64,000 nucleotides of DNA from Chiloscyllium plagiosum (taxonomy: Eukaryota): the NCBI RefSeq assembly GCF_004010195.1, contig NC_057758.1, positions 525,598 to 589,597 of the forward strand, written 5' to 3'. A model generated the notes under the pieces. It ran no database searches. It saw nothing but the letters and a program-made list of their open reading frames with translations, and was not told where the DNA came from. Within the stretch, counting starts at the first letter, position 1. The number at the start of each line of letters is the position of its first letter. Positions 1 through 11,651 of this stretch are shown here, one piece after another. The translations under genes and the position numbers were made by a program.

Positions 1-75
1 CACCACTGATGATGTTACCCAGCCAGGTAATGAAACGTCTGGATATCAAACCTACAGCTCAGCGAGCAAACCTGA
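1..75 (+). mobile_element. Penelope-like element pseudo-LTR 3' fragment (cut by window edge)
   Basis: Layout matches the end of the GIY-YIG element at 41945-42020: CTGANGA-stem-GAAACGTC followed by ...CAGCTCAGCGAGCAAAC (vs CAGCTCGGCGAACAGAAC). Confidence 0.65.
3..42 (+). ncRNA. Minimal type I hammerhead ribozyme motif (Penelope-associated)
   Basis: CTGATGA at 6-12; stem II GTTACC/GGTAAT (14-19/26-31); GAAA at 32-35; CGTC with predicted cleavage after 39; stem I CCA/TGG (3-5/40-42). Confidence 0.7.
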
Positions 76-84
76 ACAGAGCAA

Positions 85-310
85 CTTTGATAAATGGGTG
101 TAGCCTTTAAAATTAGATAAGACGAATGATGCTTTAAATTAGATTATTCTGCTGTAGGTGTTTAAAATCTCACTTCCAGAGATAATTAGAATTCATATGG
201 ATGATCAGAAAGTCCATGGAGAGTGGCAGAAATGGCAGAAGGATATGCATTGTTGCATAAGTTAAAAATTAGCTTTCAATCAGAATTTCATCCTGTGATA
301 GGATAGAAAT
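85..310 (+). mobile_element. Gmr1-type Gypsy gag fragment (SCAN/capsid-like region), degenerate
   Basis: Reads FDKWV*PLKLDKTNDAL...IILL*VFKISLPEIIRIHMDDQK; aligns by eye to the reverse complement of 55435-55660. Confidence 0.7.
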
Positions 311-2198
311 AACGGTAGCAGAACGAACTTTTAACGAGGATTCATCTACTGAGATGGCATGGGCTGAGGTTGTAAACAGCAGAGGAGAGGTCACACTGCT
401 TGGATTTTCTATAGGCCTCCGCAAAGTTCTAGGGTTGTGAAGATTATTGGCAAAGCATTTCTGGGCAGGAGTGAAAGGAACAGGGTGGTCATTATGGGGA
501 ACATTAACTCCTCCAGCATTGACTAGAAATGCTATGATTCTCGTACGTCGGATGGATCAGATTTTTTCGAATATGAATAGGAGGATTTTCTGGCACAGTA
601 TGTCGAAGGGCCGACAAGAGGGGAGGCCACACTGGATCTGGCACTTGGTAACAAACCAGACCAGGTGTTTGTTTTAGTAGTAGGTGAGCACTTTGGAGAG
701 AGTGTTACTAATTCGGTTGTGATTAGTTTAGCGATGGAAAGGGATAGTTAGAGGCCACAGGATAAGAATTATAGATGGGGGAAGGGCACTTACAGTGCGA
801 TTAGGCAATGCTTAGGAGGCATAGATTGCGGTAGCAAAATGCGGAGGATGTGGACAATCGAAATGTGGAGCTGGTTTAAGGAGCAGATATTGCGTGTCGT
901 TGATTGGTATGTGCCTTTCAAGTAGGGAGGAAGTGATAAGAAAAGGGAACCGTGGTATACTAAAGGAATTGCAACTCTTTCTAAGCGGAAGAGGAAGGCT
1001 TATGTGGCATTCAAAGGTGATGGTTCAGGTGAGGCGATGGAGAGTTAAAGATTAGCAAGGAAGGATTTAAGGCGAGAGTTAAGAAGAGCAAGGAAGGGAC
1101 ATGAGCAATCTTTAGCAGGTAGAATGAAGGAGAAGCCTACAACTTTCGATAAGTATGTGAGGAATAAAAGATGTCTCCGGTAGGAATAGAGCCAATCAAA
1201 GGCAGAAGTGGGAAGTTGTGTGTGGATCATGTTGATATCGGCGTGTTGCTGAACGAATATTTCTCATCTGTTTTCACTCAGGAAAAGGAGAATATTATTG
1301 AAGAGAAGACTGAGATGCGGGTTGTTATACTAGAAAGTATTAAGGTTAGTAAGAAGATCATGTTATCATTTCTCGAAGGTTTGAAAGTAGATAAGTCCTC
1401 TTTGCTGGATGAGTTTTATTCGAGGATTCTCTGGGAAGCTAGGAAGGAGATTGCAGAACCATTGTCCTTTACGCTTGAGTCGTCATTGTCTACAGGTTTA
1501 GTACCAGAGGACTAGAGGATTGCAGATGTTGTGGCACTGTTCAGCAAGTGCAGTAGAGATGACCCAGGTAATTACACACGAATGAGCCTTATGTCTATTA
1601 TAGGAAAATATTTGGACATGAACAGTCTTTTGCAGGTAGAAGAAAGGAGAACCCGAAAGCCTTCTCTCGGTATGTGAGGAATAAAAGGATGAGTAGAGTT
1701 GCAATAGTGCCAGTCAAAGGCAGAATGGGAAGTTCCACGTGGACCCTGTGGGGATGGGAGACTTGCTAAACGAATATTTCTCATCTGTTTTCATTCAGCA
1801 AAAGGAGAATATCGTAGAGGGGAAGAGTGAGACACGGGATATTAGAGGATTATCTGTGATGCTAGGGAGGAGATGGTGGAGCGTTTGTCCTTGACCTTTG
1901 AGTCGTCGTTGTCTGCAGGTTTTGGAATCAGAGTATTGTCGGATTGCAAATGTTGTGTCCTTTTTCCAGAAGGGCAGTAGACATGACCTAGGTAATCACA
2001 GAACGGTGAGCCTTACGTCTGTCGTAGGAAAGGATTTCGACAGGATTATAAGAGATAGGATTTATAATCATCTGGTAAGCAGCAATTTGATTGGATGGTA
2101 AACATGGTTTCGTCAAGGACAGGTTGTGTCTCACAAACCTCATTGAGTTTATTGCGAAGATGACCAATCATGTGGATGAGGGTAAGGCAGTTGACGTG
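311..2198 (+). mobile_element. CR1 LINE ORF2 (APE to RT start), degenerate, with internal duplication
   Basis: LLNEYFSSVFTQEKE, EIAEPL, RTVSLTSVVGK and HGFVKDRLCLTNLIEF motifs; the ~1100-1610 block is repeated from ~1615. Confidence 0.9.
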
Positions 2199-2905
2199 CT
2201 CACCTACCTCCAAATCCAAGACCTGGCTGGTTTCATTACCCAGCACCAACATTAATTGGGCCTCCACACTTGGTGGCCTGTCTACACACTGTGTCAGGAA
2301 ATCGTCCTGCACACATTGGACAATAATTCACCCCTGTAATGTACTTGAACTATAGTATGGTCAGTCGATATTTGTAAAATTAAAGTCCCCCATAACAACT
2401 ACCTTGTCACTCTCCCTCTTGTCGATGATCATCTTTGCTATACTATCTTCTACTCCTCTGGAATTATTCCAAGGCCCGTAGAAAATTCCCTGTCACGTGA
2501 TCTCTCCTTTCCGACTTCTAATCTCATCCCATACTACCTCAGTAGATGAGTCCTCAAAAGTTCTTTTTACAACTGTAATACTGTGGTACTAACAATACCA
2601 CACCACCCCCTGTCTTAACATTTTCTCTGCTCTTATTGGAGTATCAAAATCCTGGAACCTGCAATAACCATTCCTGTCCCTGTGCTAACTATGTGTCTGA
2701 AATGGCCACAACACCGAACTCTCAGGGACCAATCCATGCTGCAAGTTCACCCACCGTATACGGATGCTCCTGGTGTTGAAGTTAGACACACGACAAATCA
2801 ATATCTTGCTTGCCTTCTTGCGATCTTGAAACCTTAGTTCTGACCTCACGACGCAAAACCTCTTGTATAAACGAACTACAATTTCGGTTCCCATCCTCCT
2901 GAATT
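2199..2905 (-). mobile_element. CR1 LINE ORF2 endonuclease fragment, inverted
   Basis: NTRSIR, QDDFLTQCVDRP and LVLGNETSQV APE-region motifs on the minus strand. Confidence 0.8.
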
Positions 2906-3150
2906 ATCGAGGAATTTCCACGACCAACCTCGACAAAAGAGGTACATGGAGTTTTGGGACAAAGCGGATTTATCTGGAACTTCTGACAGGTATGACTTTA
3001 ATCGGCATGCAGGTTGGGTAAATCACTTCGTAGTGCCATCGTAGCATAAGGTTTCCTCGCGTTAATATGGAATGATTTTCACGACTGATATGTTGAGTAA
3101 CCTATGAGAATCGGGTATAACCATGGCTTGATACTTTTTTAATGAGAACA
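2906..3150 (+). mobile_element. Gypsy RT-connection/RNase H remnant
   Basis: EEFPRPTSTKEVHGVLGQSGF resembles FPxPxxxKEVxxFLGxxGFY; matches the reverse complement of ~49500-49552. The 3' boundary is uncertain. Confidence 0.6.
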
Positions 3151-5229
3151 GTATATTTTGCAAAATAGTTTTCGAGAGGCCTTCAAAATTGACGACTATA
3201 ATATGATAAAATTCTTCATCGAGGAGGACAGTTATGCAGTTAAATCTGAAACAGCGGTCCTCAACTGAACAGGGGAAATCACGATGGTATGGGACACAAG
3301 ATGATGATGATAGATCAGGGAGCATTACTAAAATGATGAAGGTTTAATAGTGAGAGCAACCATCCAAATATCGCATGGATGAACTACAGCATCTGTTGGT
3401 TTCTGGCAGTAATGTCAATTACTGTCAATGGTGAAACAACGCTTTACCCAAGAATTTAGAGATGGCACTAGATTCAAGGAAGCAACATCAACATTCGTCC
3501 AATTAGACCCCTGGAGCAGAGAGGTTAAAAGAGATTGATCAGAGATCAATCCATTCACAGGGATTAATGGAAGCACAATATGTGTAAAAAGGGAAATTTC
3601 GAGGAGGGAAAGCGAAATTTGTGAAGGGAAAATATTTGGTAGAGTGCTCTAAAATTGGATTGTGCACTACTTGAATTGGGCACAAGATTTGGGAGATGGA
3701 AATTTGGGTGGGCTGGAAGTAATTTTGTTGGGCAGATTTAATGAGGAGGTACTTGCAGGGGTTGAAAATTTGGGGCTCAGTTCTGCTGTTGGAACCTCAC
3801 ACAACCTGACAGCGTATGTGCTCAGTGGAAGAACAAGCGATCACCTTCACAAATACTTCATGTTTTTTGCCACCATTGATGCCTATATATCCATTACTGC
3901 AATATTAATGGAAATGAGGGTAAGTTGATGTTTCCCTCTTTTCACCAACTGAAAAATGGGAAATCTATTCCATTGGACGTGACCAGCTGTTTTTGTTGTG
4001 ATATCCTCCCTCTCTGCCCTCTACAATCTCGGTTATGACTATCGGAGACAACTGACAACAATGTATTCTGTGTGCACTGTTTATCTTGGAGAAAAAAATA
4101 GTTTCGGCAGCTGAAGGAAGTGCTCAGCAGGAGTTAAAGGAATTCTCTTTTCTTGTTCTTGTTTCATTTCATGAGACAACGCAGAGCCTGTCTTCAATAT
4201 TTGGAACTCCCAGAGCAAACCTCTTCTGGATTGAACATAACACTGTTATCACCTCAGGTGTGTTTAACTTCTGTTTTGGACTGAAAATAATACATTCAGG
4301 ACCAACAACTTCCAGGCGAGGGTCATTACCTCTTTCTGGTCTGTGCCCCATTTTTTTTTCGATTCCTGTATTTCATCTCAATTCCGTTTGTTATATTCTC
4401 TGCCTTCCTCCCTCTTTTTGTCCAGTTTTCTCACATTCAGTCTTTCCTTTTATGTCTCTCTCTTCATCCCTGCCACTTCCATTTTCCCAGATGCCTAAAC
4501 GTTTCTAATATTAAACTTTTTTGGCTTGTTAAATATTTACCTCTGAGACGAATCTGACGTGTCTCAATTCACCATTCTGTCTGAAAATCCTAAGCGAAGT
4601 TGTCAGGTTTGAACTTCACTGAACGTGAATTTCGGGCAAACTCAGTCGACTTCAAACTCAGAACTATCAGTTTTTGATCTAGTTATTTGCTCCACTAACA
4701 TCCCCACCCCTCCCCGCACCAAATGAATTGTAATGACTCACCACAATATTCTCAAAATGCAACTGGGGGCTGGTTACAAATTCTGGCCTCACCAAGTTCA
4801 TCTACATTCCGTGAATCAATTCAAAAACTGGTCACAAAGGCTGAGTTCCAGAGTTGACAACAGAGTGACTGCTTCTTCATGTCCAGGCTGCATTTAATCG
4901 AGTGCAGCATTAATGGTCCCCTCGCTGACATAGAGGCGACTGGAATTGTGAACGTGGTGAGTGGTGCAGGCAACAATCCGTTGGTTGAATTTGTGTCTAG
5001 AGCAAAAAAAGATGATAGTTGGAAACCAGATTATTGTCTTAACTTGCTGTTGCAAGTCTCTTAGCCTTTCAGGAATGAACACTTCTGTCTAACGCTCTGC
5101 CTGTTCAGATTTTTCCTGCACCATTACGTGAAACAGAGTATCCGCTAACAGAACCTGAACTCCCTAATTTTTCTCTTTACTTTTCACTTCGTGCAGTTTT
5201 CTATGGTAATGGGATCAGTATTGCACGCA

Positions 5230-6405
5230 GTCTGGGAAAATTCCAGGTTATTGCTGTTTTAACTCCTCTGTTTCTTCTTTTTCCTTGGGCTTCTCCACAA
5301 TAAGGGATGTCACTCCCACCTTGGATTCTGCCAAGTCATTCCCAAGAACCAACTGAATTCCTGGAACAGACACTCTATCAATCACTCCCACTACAACTTC
5401 CTCAATCTTAAGTTGGCACTCAAACCTGATCTTACATAGGGGAACGCTAAATTTCTGTTCATCCATCTGACAAATAACCACAGTCTCGGGTAACAGATCA
5501 GAACTCGTCCATATTCTCTCATCCCTTACTATCAGCGACAGATTAGATCCTGTATATCTCACAATTTTCACTTCTTGTCCTTCTCCCTCTGTTCTTTCTG
5601 AGTAAACTTTACCAAGAGAGGCGGATTCTTTGGAGATATCAGGTACTAACTCCGTGCCCAGCCTCTCCCTACGCTGTTCACCCTCCTGCAGCTCCTCAGC
5701 TCGTCTTGGGGATCTTTTACTACCTTCACTAATGCCACAGGCATTCTTTTACTACATCTTCTCCCACAGAGCCTTTCTTGAACGATCAGCACTGTGTCTT
5801 TACGTGTCCCACTTTACCACAGCGGAAACGCCGGAGGCCTTTCACCTCCTGCCCACCCTCTTGAGCTTCTTTTTTATCCTGTGGTAAATTCTAAACAGTG
5901 TTCTCTACACTGTGTTTCGTAGTATCAGATCTCCCTTTCTCCCAATTGCTCTTTTTGTTTATTTTCTAACTCAATTTTCCTCAACTGTAATTTAAGTTTT
6001 TCTATCTCCACTGCACTTGTTTGTTTCTTTGACACACCTAAGTGCTTGAGAAATTCCCTTACAATTTCAGCTTTAATTTTGTCCTTGTTTAAAAACAAAT
6101 CTAAATTATTTGCTAATTATAAAACCTTTTAATTCTAATTCTAAGCCTTTTTCTTTCCTTCTAAACTTCGTTGGCAAATTTGAGAATCATGTGCAACTCC
6201 GACAAACTCTTTAGTAATTTTGAGAGTCATTTCTCTCATTTTTAATTTAATAAAGTCACCAGAATTCAGCAAATTGTCTCACCTATGTTTTATTTAAAGA
6301 TCTAGGACACTAGCCTTCAAGTGGTTAAACCTGTTGGGATTTGTCATATCCGAAATCTATTCAAATCTGTCTCCACCAGCTCAAATCACAGACGCGAGCC
6401 CGCAA
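5230..6405 (-). mobile_element. Gmr1-type Gypsy gag-protease remnant with internal gag deletion and degenerate tRNA-Pro PBS
   Basis: ORF 5248-5571 (RYTGSNLSLI...VVVGVIDRVSVPGIQLVLGNDL) is aspartic-protease-like; ACAGACGCGAGCCCGCA just before the LTR resembles the tRNA-Pro 3' end CCGGACGAGCCCCCA. Confidence 0.75.
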
Positions 6406-6407
6406 AC

Positions 6408-7040
6408 TGTTAGAACGCTGGGTAAACCCTTCTGTTTCATTTAAAACCAGCAACACAGAAAAGATTTATACCGTGCAGTAATCAGATAAAATTGGAGTGG
6501 ACAAGGACCATTTAAATTAATAACTAATCTAACAACTGTTTACCATTCCATACTCTAACCAACCTGTTACGTTCCTTTCTGTAATAGTATAAAACTCCAA
6601 ATCAAGATTTACAAACAACACTTCTTACCTCAAAACCAGTCAGGTTTTGCTCTTCCTGTGTCTTCTTTTCTTAGGAACGTCTGCGTCACAGGTTACTGAT
6701 CGAAGAGATACTTTTAAGAGAGCTTTTTTTTTCAAGCAGTCTGTCTACATGCTGTGCTTGGCAGCTCTCCTCTCAAATGTTCAATTTTCCCCGTTCTTAT
6801 ACCCCAAAGCATCAGATTGTGTCACTGGCGTTTCAGATTGTCAATATACGCAATTCAACCTGGATCTGAGTTTGATATTTTTCGAGGTGTAATTTAAGCT
6901 TCTTGGCCGAATTTGAATTTTTTTTTTGTCTCATAGCAAAGCAGTGAGTAGTTTTTTTTTTAATCAAATGTGACCTTGTAAATTCTTCAGCACTCGGTAT
7001 ACTTGCCAAGTCCTTCACTCTCTTAAAGGTATACGCACAT
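6408..7040 (-). mobile_element. LTR of Gmr1-type element
   Basis: Starts TGTT next to the PBS; shares blocks (AGCAACAC.GAAAAGATT, CTCTCTTAAA.GTA) with the solo LTR at 46912-47565. Confidence 0.7.
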
Positions 7041-7424
7041 CTGGATTGAATGAGTTTATGATTCCATGGATCAAAAAGATATTCTCCCGATCTCCAGTCC
7101 ATCCCTTATTCCAATTATCATCACAATGTTTTTCTCGGTTTCTGAACTTTCCACCCTGTAAAATCTCCGACATTTGACTATTGAAGGATGATTTGCAAAG
7201 TTCTCCATTGTGCTGCATAACCCATATTTATGTAATGATAATGGTCACTTTTTGAGTTCTCTGTTTTTCGTGCTGCTCTGGAGATCTTTATCTACACAGG
7301 TTCTGTGTCACCTTGACGAGATGGAGCAATTCTAACTCCTGGACACTAATTGGTCATCTGCAGAGAATTCTGCGAGTCACAGGCAGTGGAGAAAAACCAT
7401 CTCATTAGTTTTGCCCAGCTCAAC

Positions 7425-7860
7425 CGGTCTCTCTCTCCTCCCTCTCACTCTCTTTCTCTCCCCCTTTCTTCCAAGCTCTGTTTCTCCCTCCCCTCTCTCT
7501 TTCTTTCTCTCTCCAGTCTCTCTCTGTCTCTCTCTTTCTGCCCATTTTCTTCCAACTTCTCTATTAACTCTCCCCTTCCTTCCCTCACTCTCTCTTCCTT
7601 TCTCTCTCCCTCTCTCGACCCATTGACTCTTTATCTCCCACTAATTCTCTCCCGTGCTCACTTGTATTCTTTCGTTATCTGTGTTCCTTTTCTTTTCCTT
7701 TTTCTCTAATGTCTCACCCTCGCTCTATTGTTCTCTGCATGTATGTCTCTCCTCTTTATCTCTCCTTCTCTTACTCACGTTTCCTTTTATTGTCTGTCTT
7801 TTTCTCTCCCCTTATGTCTCTCTTACTAATTTCTTAACTTTGTCTCTTTCTCTTTTCAGC
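7425..7860. repeat. CT-rich polypyrimidine low-complexity tract
   Basis: Almost exclusively C/T on the + strand. Confidence 0.9.
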
Positions 7861-7959
7861 TTGCTCACACACTTTTACTCATTTCCACACCATCGCCAAC
7901 TCTAGCACTAATTTCCATTTTCACCTCATTCAGTTTCCTCGAAGCTAGAGACATTGGGT

Positions 7960-9790
7960 TCACGTACAGACGTAGAACAAATTATATTTTGCAAAATTAG
8001 ATATGTCATGAAGTCAGAAGACATTGACTTCACATCTGCATTTCCATTCACGAAAGAAAAAGACAATGCTTTCGAGGTGAATAATGTGATACTGGCTAGA
8101 TGGGTTGAGGTTCACAAGAAGGAGGTGTCAGCAATTCTGGAAAGTGCGAAAATAGGTACCTCCCCTGTACCACATGGGATTTATCCCCATCACTCTCCTG
8201 TCTCTCTGTGATTGGCCCTTCTCTCTCGCCTTCTCTCCCTCTCAATTTCCCACCCCATCTCTTTTTCGCTACCTCTATCCTTCTTTTTCTCTCTTTCCAA
8301 ATGGAAGCCAGTGAGGATATTGCCGAGCCTTTGGTTTTGATCTTTATGTCGTCATTGTCTGCAGAAGTAGTGCGAGAAGACTGGAGGAAAGCAAATGTTG
8401 TTTCCTTGTCCAAGAAGGAAAGTAGAGATATCCGTGGTTATTGTAGACCAGAGACCCATACTTCTGTTGTGGTAAAGTGTTGGAAAGTTTTGGAGAGATA
8501 GCATTTATAATCGTCTTGAAAGAAATAAGTTGATTACGGATAGTCAACACGGTTTGGTGAAGGTTAGGTCGTGCCTTACTGAGTTATTTGAGAAGACGAC
8601 AAAACAGTTGGATGAGGGTAAAGCGGTTGATATGGTGCATATACTTCTTCGTAAGGTTTTGACACGTTTACCCACGGTACGCTATTGCACAAAATATGGA
8701 GGCATGAGTCTGATGGTGATTAAGTGGTTTGGATCAGAAATTGGCTTGTGGAAAGAAGATAGAGGACGAAGGTTGATGGGAAATATTTGTCCTGGAGTTC
8801 AGTTGATAGTGGTGTAATGCAAGGATATGTTATGAGGCCACTCCTGTTTAACATTTTTACAAATGATCTGGATGAGGACATAGAAGCATGAGCTAGTAAA
8901 TGTGCGAAAGTTACTAAGGTCGGTAGAGTTGTGGATAGTGCTGCACGATGCTGTCGTGACAGATGGGCATAGCTAAGCTGACGAGTTGAGCTGAGAGTTG
9001 GCAAAATGCGTTTAATGTTAAAAGGTGTGATGTGATTCACTTTGGAAGGAGTAACAAGAATGTAGTTTACGAGGCTAATTGTAAGAGTCTTGTTAGTGTG
9101 AATGAACAGAAAGTTCTTGGTTTTCATGTATATGGAACCTTGAAAGTTGCCACCTAGGTTGATAGTGAGAAGACACATGATGTGTTAGCTTTATTCGTAG
9201 AGGTAATGAGTTGCAGAACCATGAGGACATGCTGCAGGGTACAAAACTCTGATGCGGTCACACTTGGAGTATTGTACACAGTGCTATTCACCACATTATA
9301 GGAAGGATGTAGAATCGTTGGAAAAGATTCAGACGAGATTTACTGGGATGTTGCTTGGTATTGAGGGAAGATCTTACGAGGAGAAGCTGAGGGACTTGAG
9401 GCTGTTTCCATTGGAGAGAAGTTCGAGAGGTGATTTGATTAAGATATGCAAGTTAATCAGAGTGTTAAGTCGGATGGACAGTGACAGCCTTTTGTCTTGG
9501 ATGGCGATGGCTAGCACGAGAGTATATAGCTTTAAATTGATGAATAATTAATGTAGGACAAATGTCATAGGTAGTGTCTTCACTCAAAGAGAAGTTGTGG
9601 TTTGGAAAGCACTGCCTGCAACAGTAGTAAACTCCCCAACTTTAAGGACACTTAAATGGTCATTGTATAAGCATATAGATGAAAATGGAATCATGCAAGT
9701 TAAATGGACTTCAGGTAGGATTGTCAAATCGGCAGTACTTCGAGGGCTGAAGGGCCTGTACTTTGCTGTAATGTTTTATTTTCTATGTTC
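7960..9790 (+). mobile_element. CR1 LINE RT domain to 3' UTR, degenerate
   Basis: EDIAEPL, EDWRKANV, SQHGLVKVRSCLT and RSHLEYCTQ..SPHYRKDVESLEKIQ motifs; tail TTCTATGTTCT; CT-rich insert at ~8185-8295. Confidence 0.88.
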
Positions 9791-9799
9791 TGTGTACTG

Positions 9800-10205
9800 C
9801 GAAATTCTTGAGCAGATTGGTGCAGTACACATGCTTTTTAGCAAGGCATTTGGTCAGGTTTTTCATAACAGGCTAATTCAGAAATTAAGGAGTCATGGGA
9901 TGCGCGGAAATTTGGCTCTCTGTGTACAGAACTGGCTGGCTAATTGAAGACAGAGTTTTGTAGTTGATTAAAAGTATTCAGCCTGGAGCTCGTTGACCAG
10001 TGGTATTCTGCAAGGGTCTGTTCTGGGACCTTTGCTCTTTGTGATTATTATAAATGATTGAATGAGGAAATGGCAGGGTGGGTAAGTAAGTTAGCTGATG
10101 AGAAAAGGTTGGTCGAGTGGTGTATAGTGTGGAGGGCTGTTATCAGTTGCAACAGCAATTTGTCAGGATGCAAAACTGGGCTGAGAAGCGGCAGTTGAAA
10201 TTGGG
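9800..10205 (+). mobile_element. CR1 RT fragment
   Basis: FSKAFGQV, VQNWLAN and SGILQGSVLGPLLF motifs. Confidence 0.8.
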
Positions 10206-10210
10206 AACAG

Positions 10211-11606
10211 GACCCTCCTGATCTATATCACGCACTGAGTGATTCCATATCTTCGCTCTGTTAACACGGTGACAGCTCTCCCAATCATATTACTCACTGA
10301 GTCCCCACGCCCAATATCTGCTACACAGTGGCAACTTCCCCAATGAATATTACTCAGTGGGTGCCCTACGCTCACTCTCTGTTACCACAGTGATCAGTAA
10401 CTGCTGATTTATATTACACACCGTGAGAGGTAAATACTGATTTGCATTACACACGAAGTGACGCCACCCTGCCTGTCTGGTAACATAGTCACAGTTCTCT
10501 CTGGTCCACTCTGAGACCACATTGACAGCTCGGCCCAGTGAACATTACTCACTTTTTTTTAGTTTAGATTAAATTACTTACAGTGTGTAAACAGGCCCTT
10601 CGGCTCAACAAGTCCAAACTGACACGCCGAAGCGCAACCCACCCAGACCATTCCCCTACATTTACCCCTTCACCTAACACTACAGGCAATTTAGCAGGGC
10701 CAATTCACCTAATCCGCACATTTTTGTACTGTGGGAGGAAACCGGAGCAATTGGAGGAAACCCACACTGACACAGGGAGTATGTGCAAACTCAGTCAGTC
10801 ACCTAAGGTGAGAATTGAACCCGGGTCTCTGGTGCTGTGAGGCAGCAGTGCTAACCACTGTGCCACTGTGCCACCGTGCCGCCCACTTAGTGTCCCACTC
10901 CCAACCTCGTTTACTACACTGATAGTTCCCTCTTGATCTAAATTACACAATGAGTGACTCCACACAACCACTTCATTACTTGAATCACTGATCCCTTCTG
11001 ATCTATATTGCACGCTGAGTGACTCCACACTGCCTCAATGTTACTGCAGTGGCAGTCCCCCCGATGTAAATTACACACGGAGCGACCCAACACTCCTGAT
11101 TTATTAGCACCGAGACAGCTCCTTTATGATCTATATTACATACACAGTTAGTCCACCTTTCTGCTCTATTACAACAGTTAGAGCTCTTCCAATGAATATT
11201 AATTACTGAGTGCCCCACACCCAATTTCTGTTGCCACAATGACATTGCACACTGAGTGACGCCACTCTGCCTGCCTGTTACCACCGCAACTGCTCTCTCG
11301 GAACTATATTACACACAATGTGATTCAAAACCTTCCTTCTTTTACCACCGTCACAGATCCGTCCTGCTCTACATTATATAGACTGTGCCCTTACAATGAC
11401 CCCTTGTTATCACAGCGACAGCTCCCTCCTGATCTATCTTACACACTGATTGACTTCATATCCGTTCTCTGTTAACCCAGTGGCATCTTACTCCTGATCT
11501 ATAATACAGAATGAGTGACTCCACATCTATTCTCTAGTACAACAGTGACGGCATCTTTCTGACCTGTCTGACATACTCAGTGACGTGACATCTACCCTCC
11601 TGATCG
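10211..11606. repeat. Degenerate ~60-bp tandem repeat array (roughly 17 units), split by a SINE
   Basis: Recurrent unit approximately GCTCCCTCCTGATCTATATTACACACTGAGTGACTCCACACnnnnCTCTGTTACCACAGTGACA. Confidence 0.85.
10553..10884 (-). mobile_element. HE1-type tRNA-derived SINE
   Basis: Head GGGCGGCACGGTGGCACAGTGG..TTAGCACTGCTGCCTCACAGC, B box GGTTCAATTC, CR1-like tail GAAGGGCCTGTTTACACACTGTAAG; short CACTT duplication at the junctions. Confidence 0.9.
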
Positions 11607-11651
11607 ATTTTAATAGTGAAAATTCTAAACTCTCTGTTTTTTTGGTTCTTC

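Noticed and set aside
2906..3560. Possible endogenous viral or novel coding segment
   Set aside because: The start is Gypsy RT-connection sequence; the rest has stops in all frames and no recognisable motif.
7350..7905. Leu/Ser/Phe-rich ORFs resembling membrane proteins (also 46273-46866)
   Set aside because: By-products of CT-rich low-complexity DNA.
10800..10884. tRNA genes (also near 16440, 47690, 60950)
   Set aside because: These are tRNA-derived SINE heads continuing into SINE bodies.
10211..11606. CRISPR-like appearance of regularly spaced motifs
   Set aside because: Whole units are homologous, with no constant repeat and unique spacer; vertebrate context and no cas genes.
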